48,060 nucleotides of DNA from Candidatus Caldarchaeum sp. (GCA_038831915.1 JAWBKB010000014.1:1-48060); one strand, 5' to 3'; shown: positions 37,315-48,060, counted from the first letter of the stretch. The notes: generated by a model not told the origin, from the letters alone. Program-made: numbers and translations.

Positions 37315-38075
37315 ATTCTCACCTCAACTCCTTTTTCACGCAGGAATTCCTTGACCTCTTGTATGCTGTGTTTGCCGTAGTGAAAGATTGACGCGGCGAG
37401 GGCTGCGTCTGCTTTTCCCCGTGTTAACACTTCGTAGATGTGTTCCGGCAACCCTGCTCCGCCGGAAGCGATGACGGGAATGTCAACGGCCTCGACAACT
37501 TTACGGGTTAACTCCACGTCATAGCCATGCTCTGTTCCATCCATATCAATCGACGTCAACAATATTTCACCCGCCCCCAAGCCAGCTACGCGCTTCACCC
37601 ATTCGACGACATCCCAACCAGTGGGAGAGGTTCCACCGTAAACATACACCTCATATCCTGAAGGCATGTTCGAGTTCTTTTTCGCATCGACTGCGACGAC
37701 GACACACTGTGAGCCATATGTTTCAGCGAGTTGTTTCACAAGTTTGGGGTTCTGGACAGCCGCTGTGTTGATAGATGTTTTATCTCCGCCGTTTTTTAAT
37801 ACCCTGTCCGCGTCTTCAAGCGTTCTTATTCCGCCGCCCACCGTGAATGGAATATTGATGACTTCCGCAACCTGCTTAACCACTTGGACGAGGATACTGC
37901 GTTTTTCGGAGGACGCGGTGATGTCGAGGAAGACAAGCTCGTCGGCCCCTTGTTCCGAGTAAATCTTAGCGAGAAATGCCGGGTGGCCGGCGTCGCGTAA
38001 ATCACGAAACCGACGGCCTTTCACGACCCTGCCCGCATCAACGTCCAGACACGGAATGATTCTTTTAGCAACCAA
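37311..38075 (-). CDS. hisF: Imidazole glycerol phosphate synthase cyclase subunit
   Basis: [28 protein letters not shown] and ASGGAG motifs. Confidence 0.97.
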   Translation of the reverse strand: MVAKRIIPCLDVDAGRVVKGRRFRDLRDAGHPAFLAKIYSEQGADELVFLDITASSEKRSILVQVVKQVAEVINIPFTVGGGIRTLEDADRVLKNGGDKTSINTAAVQNPKLVKQLAETYGSQCVVVAVDAKKNSNMPSGYEVYVYGGTSPTGWDVVEWVKRVAGLGAGEILLTSIDMDGTEHGYDVELTRKVVEAVDIPVIASGGAGLPEHIYEVLTRGKADAALAASIFHYGKHSIQEVKEFLREKGVEVRI

Positions 38076-38093
38076 TCGCGAAGAACAAATGTT

Positions 38094-38822
38094 TTAGACA
38101 TTTTTATGGATGACGGCTTTAACGGCCCTGAGAGAAACAAGGCCTTCGTACAGGGCTTTGCCGACGACGACGCCGGCGAAACCCATTTCACGAACCTTCA
38201 AAACATCCGAAACAGATGAAACACCTCCACCGACGACGACATACTTCCTATGTTCGGCATGGACTTTCTCAAGGGCCTGTGAATTAATACCGGTGAGTGT
38301 TCCGTCCCGCGCAACATCTGTTGCCAAAACATTTCTAAACCCGTCGGCGAGAACCTGTTCAACCGCTTCACCAACCAGTATAGGGGCTTTTTCTTTCCAA
38401 CCACGGATAAGAACATCGCCGTCTTCACCAAAGTCAACTGCGACGCATATTCGGTCGGGCCCGAGAACATCGAGAAGCTCCAAACCCTTGTTTCGCGACG
38501 CGAAATACAGGCTTGAAATGACGACCCGGCTCACACCGAGGTCGATTAGGCGCATGGCTTTGGCCAAACTTCTCACACCACCGCCTACTTGCACCGGAAT
38601 ATTCACGGAGGCCGCGACATCTGCGGCAAACCGCTCGTTATCGTTTTCATCCATGGCTGCGTTCAAGTCGACGACATGAATCCAGTCAGTGCCCTCACGT
38701 TCCCACCGCCGGGCAAAATCCACAGCCGAGCCCGGGTAAAACACCGCGTTCTCCCGACGGCCGTGAACTAGACGCGCAACGCGTCCATCTAATAAATCCA
38801 CGCCTGCATAAACAGCAAACAT
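38094..38822 (-). CDS. hisA: ProFAR isomerase
   Basis: [23 protein letters not shown] and GKALY motifs. Confidence 0.93.
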   Translation of the reverse strand: MFAVYAGVDLLDGRVARLVHGRRENAVFYPGSAVDFARRWEREGTDWIHVVDLNAAMDENDNERFAADVAASVNIPVQVGGGVRSLAKAMRLIDLGVSRVVISSLYFASRNKGLELLDVLGPDRICVAVDFGEDGDVLIRGWKEKAPILVGEAVEQVLADGFRNVLATDVARDGTLTGINSQALEKVHAEHRKYVVVGGGVSSVSDVLKVREMGFAGVVVGKALYEGLVSLRAVKAVIHKNV

Positions 38823-38855
38823 ACAAAACACAGCAATCCAATGTTGATTTAAGCC

Positions 38856-39755
38856 TTGAACAGAGAAGAATTCATCGACCAAGTAGTAACAGTCGACTAC
38901 GCCGCCAGAAACGTTGTTCAGCATCTCTACGATGCGGCGAGAAAGATTGCAGGTAAACCACTTTGCGCTGCCGCGGCCGACCTACTCACAACCTCGCGGA
39001 ACGCAATGATCGCTACGGGTTTTAGAATTCTGCGTTACGGTGGAGCGGTTGAATCTGATGGTTTGATTTCATCGGTTCTTTTGGCCCGCTGGCTGGAGAC
39101 CAAGGGCGGAGAAGCCGCCATACTGGTCGACCAAGGGTTTGAAGAAGTGGTGGAAGCTGGGCTGAAAGTCGTCGACACCAATCGCACAGCCGTGTACGGT
39201 CTTCCCCCGAACTACTTGGGAAGCGTCCGAACAGTTTTACACGCTTTGGACGAAAAACAACCCGACCTGTTAATCACCGTGGAAAGACCGGGAGCAAACA
39301 AATTCGGCGTGTACCACAACAGCGTTGGCCAAAACATCTCCGACATCACCGCTCCCGTGGACAGAGTTTTCGAAATGATACGCGACCACCGACGCAGGCT
39401 GATTGCTTTTGGCGACGGCGGAAACGAAGCCGGCATGGGCTTGATAAAACATGTCGTTAACAAACACGTGCCATACGGAGCAACATGCACATGTGGATGC
39501 GGAGGAGGCATAGCGGCTGAAAAAACCGCCGACATACTCGTCGTCTCAACGACATCCGACTTCGGAGTTTACGGCGCCATGGCTCTCGCAGACCGCGAAA
39601 CATACCGAGCAACCATCCAACACCTTCCCAAAACCATACACACACTTTTCAGAGCAGGATGCGTTGATGCGTTAAAAGGGCCGGATAAACCAGGCATCGA
39701 CGGAATTCCTTTGGAAGCGGTCAAAGCAGTTGCAAAACTGCTTTCTTTACCGTGA
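38856..39755 (+). CDS. DUF4392 / D-glutamate cyclase-like protein
   Basis: TGF, ESDG, ERPG and GDGGNEAGMG motifs. Confidence 0.8.
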   Translation: MNREEFIDQVVTVDYAARNVVQHLYDAARKIAGKPLCAAAADLLTTSRNAMIATGFRILRYGGAVESDGLISSVLLARWLETKGGEAAILVDQGFEEVVEAGLKVVDTNRTAVYGLPPNYLGSVRTVLHALDEKQPDLLITVERPGANKFGVYHNSVGQNISDITAPVDRVFEMIRDHRRRLIAFGDGGNEAGMGLIKHVVNKHVPYGATCTCGCGGGIAAEKTADILVVSTTSDFGVYGAMALADRETYRATIQHLPKTIHTLFRAGCVDALKGPDKPGIDGIPLEAVKAVAKLLSLP

Positions 39756-40012
39756 GCGTCGACAAAGGTTCTTCAATTTCGTAGAACTTCCGGTAAATTT
39801 TGAGCCTAAATTTAGACACATGTCCAGATGCGGCCAAAATTTACCGTGAATTAGAAATTCGGGGTCATCAGGTGTGAAATTGACATCCTTTTTGCCGCGG
39901 TCGTGAAACACTATGGCTTAGCCAGCAGCTGAGATCTGCGTGGCTCGTTTACAGGGTTTCGGTTTTTGTCGATTGTTCATCTCTTTATATGGTGCTGTGT
40001 GTTTGTGTGGGT

Positions 40013-40786
40013 ATGGCTGTTGACGTTGATGCTCGGCTTTCGACCGGCAACCCGAAGCTGGACAAAATGCTCGGCGGCGGGTTCATCCGTGGAAGAACAT
40101 ATCTCGTTACAGGCGAAACAGGAGTGGGCAAAACAATTCTCTCCCTTCAGTTTCTGCTCAACGGATTGACACGCAACGAAACATGCGTCTATGTCACAAT
40201 CGATGAACGGATTGAAGGCGTGCTGCGTGGCGCGGAATCGCTTGGATGGAATTTCTGGGCCTATATGGAAACCGGCCGTTTCATTCCGCTGGAACTGCGG
40301 CTCTACGCAGCGGAAGCCCGGAAATATGGAAAAGAAAGCCGTGCATTTGTCGACGCGATTTATAACGCGACTCGTGGAAGAAAGTTTACACGGCTTGTGC
40401 TCGACCCTGTGTCAGCTCTCGCGCAAGGTGCCAAAGATGAATTCTACGTCCGTGAATATCTCCGCGAAATCATCACTATGATTGAGGAGCGGTTTGGTGT
40501 TACGACTTTGATGACTACGGATATTCCCACGGGTTCGAAGCGGATGAGCCGGTTCATGCTGGAAGAATTTCTCGCATCCGGTGTGATTGTTCTCGGCGTC
40601 AAGCAGGTCGGCGGCCAGCTCGTCCGAACAATTTACGTCAGGAAAATGAGGTGGTCGTCGATGGATTCAACCATGTATGTTTTCAACATCGAGCCGCAAA
40701 GAGGAATAGTCATCGGCGAACCATTCGACGAATTCATCAAAAACATCAGCGCACAAAACCAAGCAACGCGAGCAATCGATTCATAA
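40013..40786 (+). CDS. KaiC-like RecA-superfamily ATPase
   Basis: STGNPKLDKMLGGG, GETGVGKT, RLVLD and RKMR motifs. Confidence 0.9.
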   Translation: MAVDVDARLSTGNPKLDKMLGGGFIRGRTYLVTGETGVGKTILSLQFLLNGLTRNETCVYVTIDERIEGVLRGAESLGWNFWAYMETGRFIPLELRLYAAEARKYGKESRAFVDAIYNATRGRKFTRLVLDPVSALAQGAKDEFYVREYLREIITMIEERFGVTTLMTTDIPTGSKRMSRFMLEEFLASGVIVLGVKQVGGQLVRTIYVRKMRWSSMDSTMYVFNIEPQRGIVIGEPFDEFIKNISAQNQATRAIDS

Positions 40787-40903
40787 ATAAACCCTTCTCA
40801 TTCAGAATACTGCATTACATATGTTCCGTCGGGGTTTGTGACTGGAAGTACAGCAAGCGGCCACGGCCTTTCATCCGCGAAGCTTTTATTTCATCGGATG
40901 TGA

Positions 40904-43900
40904 ATGTGTTGCTTAGCTTTGGACCCTGAACTGCAGGAATACAGGGATGGATTGCTGCGTGAAGTTGACCGGATATATGTGGTTGCTTCGGAATATAGGA
41001 AGAAGACATGTGACCCTCTTCCCTTCGTTGAAACGGTTTTCGCGGACCGGATGGAGGAACGCGTAGAGCTTCTCGTCGGCCCATCCGGGATAGCTGAGAA
41101 AATTCGTGAGCTGAAGAAGAAGCTGAGCGGCATCGAGCTGGCGTTCAAGCTCAGCGAAGAAATAGTTTATTCAAGCATCGGTTCGCTGTCCGAGGAAGAA
41201 GTTATTCATCAAGCTGTTTGCACGTCGCTGGCTGTTCTGACCCCACCCTGCATCACAGCCGCGCCTTCTGAAGGCATTTCACATGTCAAGGTTAAGGAAA
41301 ACGACGACGGTTCCCGGTACTTAGCGGTTTACTTTGCGGGGCCTATTCGAGCGGCTGGTGGAACAGAGCTCGCGACGGTCGTGGTTTTGGCTGATTATGT
41401 TCGGCGGCTTCTCGGGCTTGACAGGTTCAAAGCCCGTGACGAAGAAGTGAAAAGGTTTGTTGAAGAACTGCGAACATACGTCAGACACGTCGGCCGGTTC
41501 CAATACGACGTGCCCGACAAACTGATTGCGTATGCCTACAGGATGACACCGGTTGAGATAAGCGGTGTCGCGACCGATGAAATCCCTGTACCCTCCTACC
41601 GAGACCTCGACCGCATCGAAACCAATTTTCTACGCGGCGGAGCGTTACGAGTAGTCAACGATGGAATTGTCGGCAGAGCCAAGAAAGTGTTGAAAACAGT
41701 CCGCTCGATGAACATGTCTGGATGGGATTGGATTGAGGAATTGGCTAATGCATCTGTGAGCCGCGGCGGCGATGACGAAGAAAGTGCTCTTGAAGTCATA
41801 GGTGGAAGACCTGTTGTATCGCTTTCGGATGTTTTTGGCGGTTTCCGCATCCGTTACGGCAGAGCTTTCGCAACTGGAATGGCGGCTTACGGCATCCATC
41901 CACTGGCGATGAAAGTGCTGAAGGGATACATAGTGACCGGAACACAGCTAAAAACAGATTTTCCAGGAAAAGGAGGAATTGTCACACCCGTCGACGTCAT
42001 CGAGCCGCCGGTCGTCAAAACGAAGAAAGGCGACGTCGTAAAACTTGTTTCTGAAGAAGTTTATCGACGGGTGGCTGACAGCATCGACCAGATTTTGTTT
42101 CTCGGCGACATCCTCGTTTCGGTCGGAGACTGTGTCGAAAACAACGTTGAGCTGAGGCCTGCAGGCTATTGTGAGGAATGGTGGAGAAACGATTTGGCGG
42201 CGAAAATCACAGAAAAAGGACTGACCAGTATCGCTGAAAAAACAGGAGTGTCGGAGAAAAGGCTTCAGCTTTTTGTTGAACGGCCTTTCATGGTTAAGCC
42301 TTCTGTTCAAGAAGCGTTAGCCCTAAGCATCCACGGCGAAGTCCCGCTTCATCCACAATACCTTCATTTCTGGACAAACATATCTGTCAAGCAGGCTGTG
42401 GAGCTGGCGAAATGGCTCAAAGGGCCTTTCCAATCCATCAATAGCAAACATCTTTTCCCAAACATTCCTGATGTGAAACATATTCTCGAAGCACTTCTCG
42501 TAGAACATGAAACAACGGACAAAATGATAGCCATCGGGGACGACGATTACAAAGTCCTGCAACATCTTCTTGGAAATGCCGAGAATGTAGAGGAAGATGG
42601 CGGGGATGTTCTGGCTTTTCTCCGCAAAGTTTCGGGAACCGATGTGAGGGATAAGCGTGGTTCGAGTTTGACGGCGCGGATGGGGCGTCCCGAAAAAGCA
42701 GGGCCTCGAAAAATGAGTCCCGCGGCTCATTTCCTTTTCCCCGTAGGGATGGCTGGTGAAGCCACACGGGATTTACTAACGGCTGCGGACAAAACAGCTG
42801 TCGTGGCTGTTGAATTGGTTACGCGGCGATGCGTTGAATGCGGAGCGATTGGGTGGAAAGTGGTATGCGAATCATGCGGCGGCGAAACAATCCTCCATGG
42901 AACATGCAGAACCTGTAGGAAGACTTTTTCGACGTATGTGGAAAAATGCGATAAATGCGACGGTGAAGTGTTTTTTTCCACGGTTCAGCGTGTAAACCTT
43001 CGGGAAGAGCTTTCAGCGGTTCTGAAGCAAACCAGCCAATCGGCGCCCGCGCGGATGAGCGGAGTGAAGGGCTTGACAAGCCACGCGAAAATCCCGGAAA
43101 GCTTTCTCAAAGGCTTTCTGAGGGCGCGGCATGGCTTGTTCGTCTACAAAGACGGAACTATACGGTTTGACGTAACGAACGCTCCTCTCACGCATTTCAC
43201 GCCAGCCCAAATCGGAACACCGGTGGAGAAACTTGTAAGCCTCGGATATCTCCACGACATTTACGGCCAGCCTCTCGTTTCTGAAAACCAGATTCTTGAA
43301 CTAAAACCGCAGGACATCGTGTTAAGCCGGAAAGCCGCGGAACATTTGTTGAAAGTCGCACGCTACATAGATGATTTGCTTCACTACGCTGGGATGGAAA
43401 AGCTCTACAATTTCAAAAGCATCAACGACTTACTTGGGCAGCTTGTTGCGGGGCTTTCTCCACACACCTACGTCGCCGTGGTGGCCCGGATAATCGGCTT
43501 CGTCGACGCCGAAGTCAACTTCGCCCATCCAGTTTTCCACGCCGCTAAACGCCGGGACTGCGACGGCGACGAAGACAGCATCATGCTTCTCGCGGATGTG
43601 CTGATGAATTTTTCACGGCTATACATCCCGGACCGCATAGGGGGTAAAATGGATACGCCTTTGCTGATTACGCGGATTGTTTACCCGGAGGAAGTTGATG
43701 AACAGGCTCACAATGTCGAAGTCTGGGAAAATATTCCCAACGAATTCTATGCCATGGCTTCGCGGCGGGCAAAAATCTCCGAATGCAGAAATTTCGTGAG
43801 AATTCTCGGCGACGACCTTTCAGCAGGCTTCGAAGGAACTGGGTTAATGTTTACACATCCGCAGAAAAGCCTGGTGGTTTCGAAAATCGTTTCAGCGTAT

Positions 43901-44338
43901 AAATCTCTTGAAACGATGCTTGAGAAAATCTACGGCCAGTTGGAGTTGATGGAAAGTATTTCGGCTGTACGGGACGCGGGTCTCGTCGACAGTATTGTTT
44001 CGTCTCACATCCTCCCAGACATAATCGGCAACGTCAAAGCTTTCATGGTTCAGACTTTTAGATGTAAGAAATGCAACAGAAAGTTCAGACGTCTACCTCT
44101 TTCGGGAAAATGTCCATATTGTCAGCTCGACTTATCGTTGACGGTTTTCCGCGGCAACGTCGAAAAATACATCACGCTGGCCAGGGAAATGGCCGAGAAA
44201 AAGCTTCGAAACCCCTACCTCATCGAAAGAACACTATCCGCCGTAGAAAACGTCGTAGACCTTTTCACACCGTCGAAAAAACCTGTCGACAAAACCGTTC
44301 AAACAAAGTTGGAAGCGTTTGTTTCGGATGAAACATGA
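40904..44338 (+). CDS. polC: DNA polymerase D large subunit DP2
   Basis: AGPIRAAGGT, RMGRPEK, KRRDCDGDEDS, GGKMD and Cys clusters; no intein visible. Confidence 0.97.
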   Translation: MCCLALDPELQEYRDGLLREVDRIYVVASEYRKKTCDPLPFVETVFADRMEERVELLVGPSGIAEKIRELKKKLSGIELAFKLSEEIVYSSIGSLSEEEVIHQAVCTSLAVLTPPCITAAPSEGISHVKVKENDDGSRYLAVYFAGPIRAAGGTELATVVVLADYVRRLLGLDRFKARDEEVKRFVEELRTYVRHVGRFQYDVPDKLIAYAYRMTPVEISGVATDEIPVPSYRDLDRIETNFLRGGALRVVNDGIVGRAKKVLKTVRSMNMSGWDWIEELANASVSRGGDDEESALEVIGGRPVVSLSDVFGGFRIRYGRAFATGMAAYGIHPLAMKVLKGYIVTGTQLKTDFPGKGGIVTPVDVIEPPVVKTKKGDVVKLVSEEVYRRVADSIDQILFLGDILVSVGDCVENNVELRPAGYCEEWWRNDLAAKITEKGLTSIAEKTGVSEKRLQLFVERPFMVKPSVQEALALSIHGEVPLHPQYLHFWTNISVKQAVELAKWLKGPFQSINSKHLFPNIPDVKHILEALLVEHETTDKMIAIGDDDYKVLQHLLGNAENVEEDGGDVLAFLRKVSGTDVRDKRGSSLTARMGRPEKAGPRKMSPAAHFLFPVGMAGEATRDLLTAADKTAVVAVELVTRRCVECGAIGWKVVCESCGGETILHGTCRTCRKTFSTYVEKCDKCDGEVFFSTVQRVNLREELSAVLKQTSQSAPARMSGVKGLTSHAKIPESFLKGFLRARHGLFVYKDGTIRFDVTNAPLTHFTPAQIGTPVEKLVSLGYLHDIYGQPLVSENQILELKPQDIVLSRKAAEHLLKVARYIDDLLHYAGMEKLYNFKSINDLLGQLVAGLSPHTYVAVVARIIGFVDAEVNFAHPVFHAAKRRDCDGDEDSIMLLADVLMNFSRLYIPDRIGGKMDTPLLITRIVYPEEVDEQAHNVEVWENIPNEFYAMASRRAKISECRNFVRILGDDLSAGFEGTGLMFTHPQKSLVVSKIVSAYKSLETMLEKIYGQLELMESISAVRDAGLVDSIVSSHILPDIIGNVKAFMVQTFRCKKCNRKFRRLPLSGKCPYCQLDLSLTVFRGNVEKYITLAREMAEKKLRNPYLIERTLSAVENVVDLFTPSKKPVDKTVQTKLEAFVSDET

Positions 44339-44601
44339 TCAATCCGCGCGCGTATTTGACGACGGTGAAAAATGTTCGCCGGGGTTTGGAAACACGGTCC
44401 ATGCTGATTGAAGCTCTTGAACGGGAAGTTCTTTCAGCAGCTGAAATAAGCAAGAGAACGGGAATTCCTCTTCACCGTGTTAGATATCATTTAAGGATGC
44501 TAAAAAAGGACCGAGTGGTCGTCAAAGTAGGGAAAGGCCGCAACGCTAAATGGCGTTTGACGGGTATGGGGCAGACATCGCTCGACGAAACGACGCGTTA
44601 A
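44335..44601 (+). CDS. ArsR-like wHTH protein
   Basis: SAAEISKRTG..VRYHLRML; ATGA overlap with polC. Confidence 0.8.
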   Translation: MINPRAYLTTVKNVRRGLETRSMLIEALEREVLSAAEISKRTGIPLHRVRYHLRMLKKDRVVVKVGKGRNAKWRLTGMGQTSLDETTR

Positions 44602-44768
44602 ATCGGGAAAAACGCTCGAAGAACGAGGACCGTAACTATCAGCGCGATGGAAGCGCCGACGACGATTTCAGGCCTGACCTTGATGCCTTTCGATTCTTCT
44701 TCGAAGAACCTAAGAAGACCCGCTGCGGTTGCTGGCATCGGTGCCTCCTTTTTCTTTTTCGCACTCAT
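44598..44768 (-). CDS. secG: Preprotein translocase subunit Sec61beta (absent from the ORF track)
   Basis: Own translation: MSAKKKKEAPMPATAAGLLRFFEEESKGIKVRPEIVVGASIALIVTVLVLRAFFPI; AGLLRFF signature plus a single TM helix. Confidence 0.92.
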   Translation of the reverse strand: MSAKKKKEAPMPATAAGLLRFFEEESKGIKVRPEIVVGASIALIVTVLVLRAFFPI

Positions 44769-44801
44769 CGACTGATACAGTAGTGATGATGCCTTAAAAG
44801 T

Positions 44802-45770
44802 TTATGTTTCGTCAAGCGAAACCGCGTCAAACCCTCGTTTCCTAAGGATGCTTGCGAAATATTTGCTGAAGCCGTGTAGGACGTAGATTTTCTTCGGATT
44901 GGTTTGTTCGACGTATTCGAGCAGGTGCAGATAGTCGGCGTGGCTGCTGAGCGGAAAGCCTGCGGAAAACCCGCTAAAATGGTCGTGAAGGGCCCATCCC
45001 GTTACCGCAGCCCATTTCACCCTTCGATGTGTCGGAATGTTTCGAAACTGGCTGTCGATGTAAACCGCTTCGCCTGAAAGAAGGGTTGACGCAGCTTCCT
45101 TGCTTCCAACAGTTATGTAGTCTAGCTTTATTCCGTTTTCGACGTATGTTTGGGATGCGCGTGAAACCGTCTTGCCGACCACGACTTCAAGCTTCGTGTA
45201 TTCGTTGAAGAGTTTGATTAGTTCCTGTGATTTGCCGATTGAATAGGCTTTGAAAGCTGGAATCGCTCCTTCGGCTATTGTTTCGGAAACCCATTTGAGG
45301 ATTTTTGCGGTTGTTTCGGTGCGTGGTGGAAAAACGTAGCTGGGATGGCCGTAGGTTGACTCGATGACCAGTGTTTCGGCGTCCACGATGTCCGCCGGCT
45401 TCGTGGTCAGGGTTTCGACGGTGTTCAAATCACCCGTGTAAACCAAGTCCATGTCATCACCCATTACGCGAAACATCGCCGAACCCAAAACATGACCCGA
45501 ATTCAACACGGTCAGAGAAACGTTTTCACCAAGGTCGACTGTTTCACCGTATCTGACTGGCTTGAAAAACCCCGTCATCTTCCAAACGTTCCGCATCAAC
45601 TCGATGGTTTCATGCGTGGCGAATATGCGCCCACCAGCCGCCACATGGTCTGAATGAGCATGCGAAACGCATCCAACGGATTTTCCTACACGTGAAGGCG
45701 GTGAATCAAAAGAAACGTGGACACCTTGGACGGAAATCCTCAGCCCACCGTCCGAACCACGTCGAAGCAA
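44802..45770 (-). CDS. MBL-fold beta-CASP-type nuclease
   Basis: SHAHSDH, GHVLGS, YTGD, IESTYG and LSSHAD motifs. Confidence 0.9.
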   Translation of the reverse strand: MLRRGSDGGLRISVQGVHVSFDSPPSRVGKSVGCVSHAHSDHVAAGGRIFATHETIELMRNVWKMTGFFKPVRYGETVDLGENVSLTVLNSGHVLGSAMFRVMGDDMDLVYTGDLNTVETLTTKPADIVDAETLVIESTYGHPSYVFPPRTETTAKILKWVSETIAEGAIPAFKAYSIGKSQELIKLFNEYTKLEVVVGKTVSRASQTYVENGIKLDYITVGSKEAASTLLSGEAVYIDSQFRNIPTHRRVKWAAVTGWALHDHFSGFSAGFPLSSHADYLHLLEYVEQTNPKKIYVLHGFSKYFASILRKRGFDAVSLDET

Positions 45771-45858
45771 CCCAATTACACTTGAAAATCGATGTTATAA
45801 GCATGTTCACAGCTTCAGAGCAGACTCTTTTAATCACCAGTTTCAAGGATGGGTAAGC

Positions 45859-47613
45859 ATGGTGAGCACGGCGGCCGGAAAAATCGCTCAAAGATACAGA
45901 CTCGTGAAAGGGTTTTACGGCGGGCATGCTTCGATTCGGGCCCTGTTTTTCATGGCCGCTGTTTTTGCAGGATTTAGTTTCGTATTCACAGGAAATGTTT
46001 TACATGCAGCGGGGGCATTCGCGGGTTTTCTGTTTCTGACGCTTTTGCTAAACCGCGTCGCCGAAAAACTTCTAACAAAAAAATGTCCAAACTACACCGC
46101 CCGCCGCCTCGACTCGCTATCAGTCGTCGAAATGATGATAGTGCTATCGGGTGTGATGTTGTCCGCGTTACTAGCCTTCTTCAACCCATACGCCGGCGTA
46201 GTGCTAGCCACGGGCGTGACCTCGGTAGCTGTTTACATCGGATATTCGGTGAGAAGAGCAATCGGTCTCGGGCTTGGCATTCCCGTTGCTGCGATTCTTT
46301 CAACACCCGCCGCGTTAATACACATCTTCACCGTCCAGACATACATCAACAACATGGTTAAAGCACTTCAGCTCTCCCTATCAGCATACGCGTTAGGCGT
46401 CGCAGCCATGGAAACACTCCGCGTCATCATCGACAAAACCAAACCAGTTCAAAACCTAAAACCGTTCAAACTTTTCCAAGCCTTCCTCTCAAGCCTCCTT
46501 TCAGGCCATTCGCATGAGCTGGAAAAAATGATGACACAGCTCGGCGGCGACGAAAAAGTCAGCTTCGAGCTATTTCTGGTCAAACGCGAAGGCAAACCAG
46601 ATGTGGCGGTCGTCGTCTCGGACATTCATCCAGGGCCTTTCAGAGCGGTGGGTTCAAGCATGTTTCCATCACTCATTCAGCAAAAACTCGGCAATAGAGG
46701 TATTCATGGAATGGTTTTGAAAGGCCTTTCAAGCCACGAAAAAAACCTCGCAAGCATAGCAATTTCCGAAGAAATCGCTGAAAAAATAGCTGAAGAAGCT
46801 GAACGGCTCAGGTCTTCGCCACACTTTTCCAGCGTCTGCAAGCCGCCATCGAGAAAAAGGTTTAACGGCGTCAGCACGTATTCCCTTGAAATCGCCGGCC
46901 GAGAAATAGCCATTGTAACACTTCATCCACAGCCAATGGAAGACCTTCCACCCGAAATTCTCCCCGACGGCAAACATGAAAAACTAGTGGTCGTCGACGC
47001 TCATAACAGCTTCGACGACAATCTCAAACATCTCGACGAACAAACCATCGAAAAAATCCGAACTCATCTCGAAAACATGGAAAAACACGACGGAAAGGAG
47101 ACGAGTGTGTCGATTGGTTTTTCCCGTATGGTTCCGGCTGACATCGGGTTGACCGAAGGAATGGGAGCCGGCGGTGTTTCATGCATGGTCTTCGAATACG
47201 ACGGAATGAGGTCTTCCCTGATTGTCGCTGACGCCAACAACGCTTTGCCATGGGTCAGAACAGTCGCAATCGAAGCCGCCAAACAGTTTGGATGCGTCGA
47301 CGCAGAATTCTGCACAACCGATACTCACATGGTTAACGCCGTAGTCCTCGGCGGAAGAGGATATCATCCCTTCGGCGAAGCAATCCCAGTTGAAAAAATC
47401 AAGAAAATTTTCACGGAACTGCATCGAAAAGCCGTTGAAGACCTCGCACCAGCCCAAGCCATCCATAAAAAAATCGTCATTGAAAAAGCCCGCGTATTCA
47501 GCGACTTCCTGGATAAAGTTTCGCAGGCAATTAACTTTGGCGTCAAATCTTACGGAGTAGCATCAGCAGCTGGCTTCATCGCGTCAACAGCTCTGACAGT
47601 TGTTTTGATGTAA
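45859..47613 (+). CDS. DUF2070 family membrane protein
   Basis: N-terminal TM bundle; HPGPF, DAHN, DANN and TTDTH motifs. Confidence 0.85.
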   Translation: MVSTAAGKIAQRYRLVKGFYGGHASIRALFFMAAVFAGFSFVFTGNVLHAAGAFAGFLFLTLLLNRVAEKLLTKKCPNYTARRLDSLSVVEMMIVLSGVMLSALLAFFNPYAGVVLATGVTSVAVYIGYSVRRAIGLGLGIPVAAILSTPAALIHIFTVQTYINNMVKALQLSLSAYALGVAAMETLRVIIDKTKPVQNLKPFKLFQAFLSSLLSGHSHELEKMMTQLGGDEKVSFELFLVKREGKPDVAVVVSDIHPGPFRAVGSSMFPSLIQQKLGNRGIHGMVLKGLSSHEKNLASIAISEEIAEKIAEEAERLRSSPHFSSVCKPPSRKRFNGVSTYSLEIAGREIAIVTLHPQPMEDLPPEILPDGKHEKLVVVDAHNSFDDNLKHLDEQTIEKIRTHLENMEKHDGKETSVSIGFSRMVPADIGLTEGMGAGGVSCMVFEYDGMRSSLIVADANNALPWVRTVAIEAAKQFGCVDAEFCTTDTHMVNAVVLGGRGYHPFGEAIPVEKIKKIFTELHRKAVEDLAPAQAIHKKIVIEKARVFSDFLDKVSQAINFGVKSYGVASAAGFIASTALTVVLM

Positions 47614-47626
47614 AAAAAGCAGCTGG

Positions 47627-47893
47627 TCAGCCTATCAAACCCGCTTCGACGAGTTTGGACGCCAGCTGCTCGATTGGGTCTTTTATCTCCGCCGGGTCTC
47701 TGTTCACCTGTGTCGCAACTTCCTGAATCACGTCAGAAACAGTTTTGTCCTCAAACATATTCCAAATAGCTACAACCGCCTCGTTGACCCTATATGCATC
47801 ACCGCTTTCATTCACCAAAACCAAATCTCCATCCGGCGTCTGGCTAAGCCAGCCTTTTTTCGTCAACCGCTTTTCTTCAACCAAACGAATCAA
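47627..47893 (-). CDS. PqqD-like (RRE) small protein
   Basis: LVLVN...YRVNE...IWNMFEDKTVSDVI...L.EAGLI pattern. Confidence 0.7.
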   Translation of the reverse strand: MIRLVEEKRLTKKGWLSQTPDGDLVLVNESGDAYRVNEAVVAIWNMFEDKTVSDVIQEVATQVNRDPAEIKDPIEQLASKLVEAGLIG

Positions 47894-47938
47894 ATAACGC
47901 TCGGCCAGCCATTAATAAGCTTAGCAGTCGAACAAACA

Positions 47939-48060
47939 GGGACTGTCAACTTAAGGTCTATGGTCTGGGCTTTCCCATTAGTTGTGGGTGATGCAGAGTT
48001 GGGGTAGGCCTCGGCCGTCTTATAGGTTTCTTCGGTGATAGAAGTGTCTTTTTCCGTCTT
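47939..48060 (+). mobile_element. IS6-family element left end (truncated by the window edge)
   Basis: GGGACTGTCAACTTAAGG followed by sequence closely matching the reverse complement of ~11225-11343. Confidence 0.88.

Overview
Archaeal chromosomal window. Gene content (PolD large subunit, Sec61beta, deoxyhypusine synthase, intron-containing tRNA) suggests a TACK lineage, possibly Aigarchaeota/Caldarchaeales; this is inference. From left to right it holds: housekeeping genes; a tRNA-Leu(CAA) with a D-loop intron that is also the attachment site of a decayed 4.8-kb integrated element (IS607 tnpA remnant, N-terminally short TnpB with a large GC-rich downstream structure, wHTH-TM protein, two IS6 remnants flanking a pseudogene); a displaced csa1/cas4a gene with a degenerate mini CRISPR array; about 8 kb of mostly metabolic genes (bcp, pgsA, trmO, CydAA', DASS); an 18-repeat CRISPR array and a complete type I-A cas locus; a coupled operon of three secreted beta-rich paralogs, a SipW-like peptidase and a membrane-anchored repeat protein (candidate surface filament system); a his cluster; a KaiC-like ATPase; polC; and the start of a third IS6 copy at the right edge. 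All family calls come from recognising motifs by eye; no searches were run.
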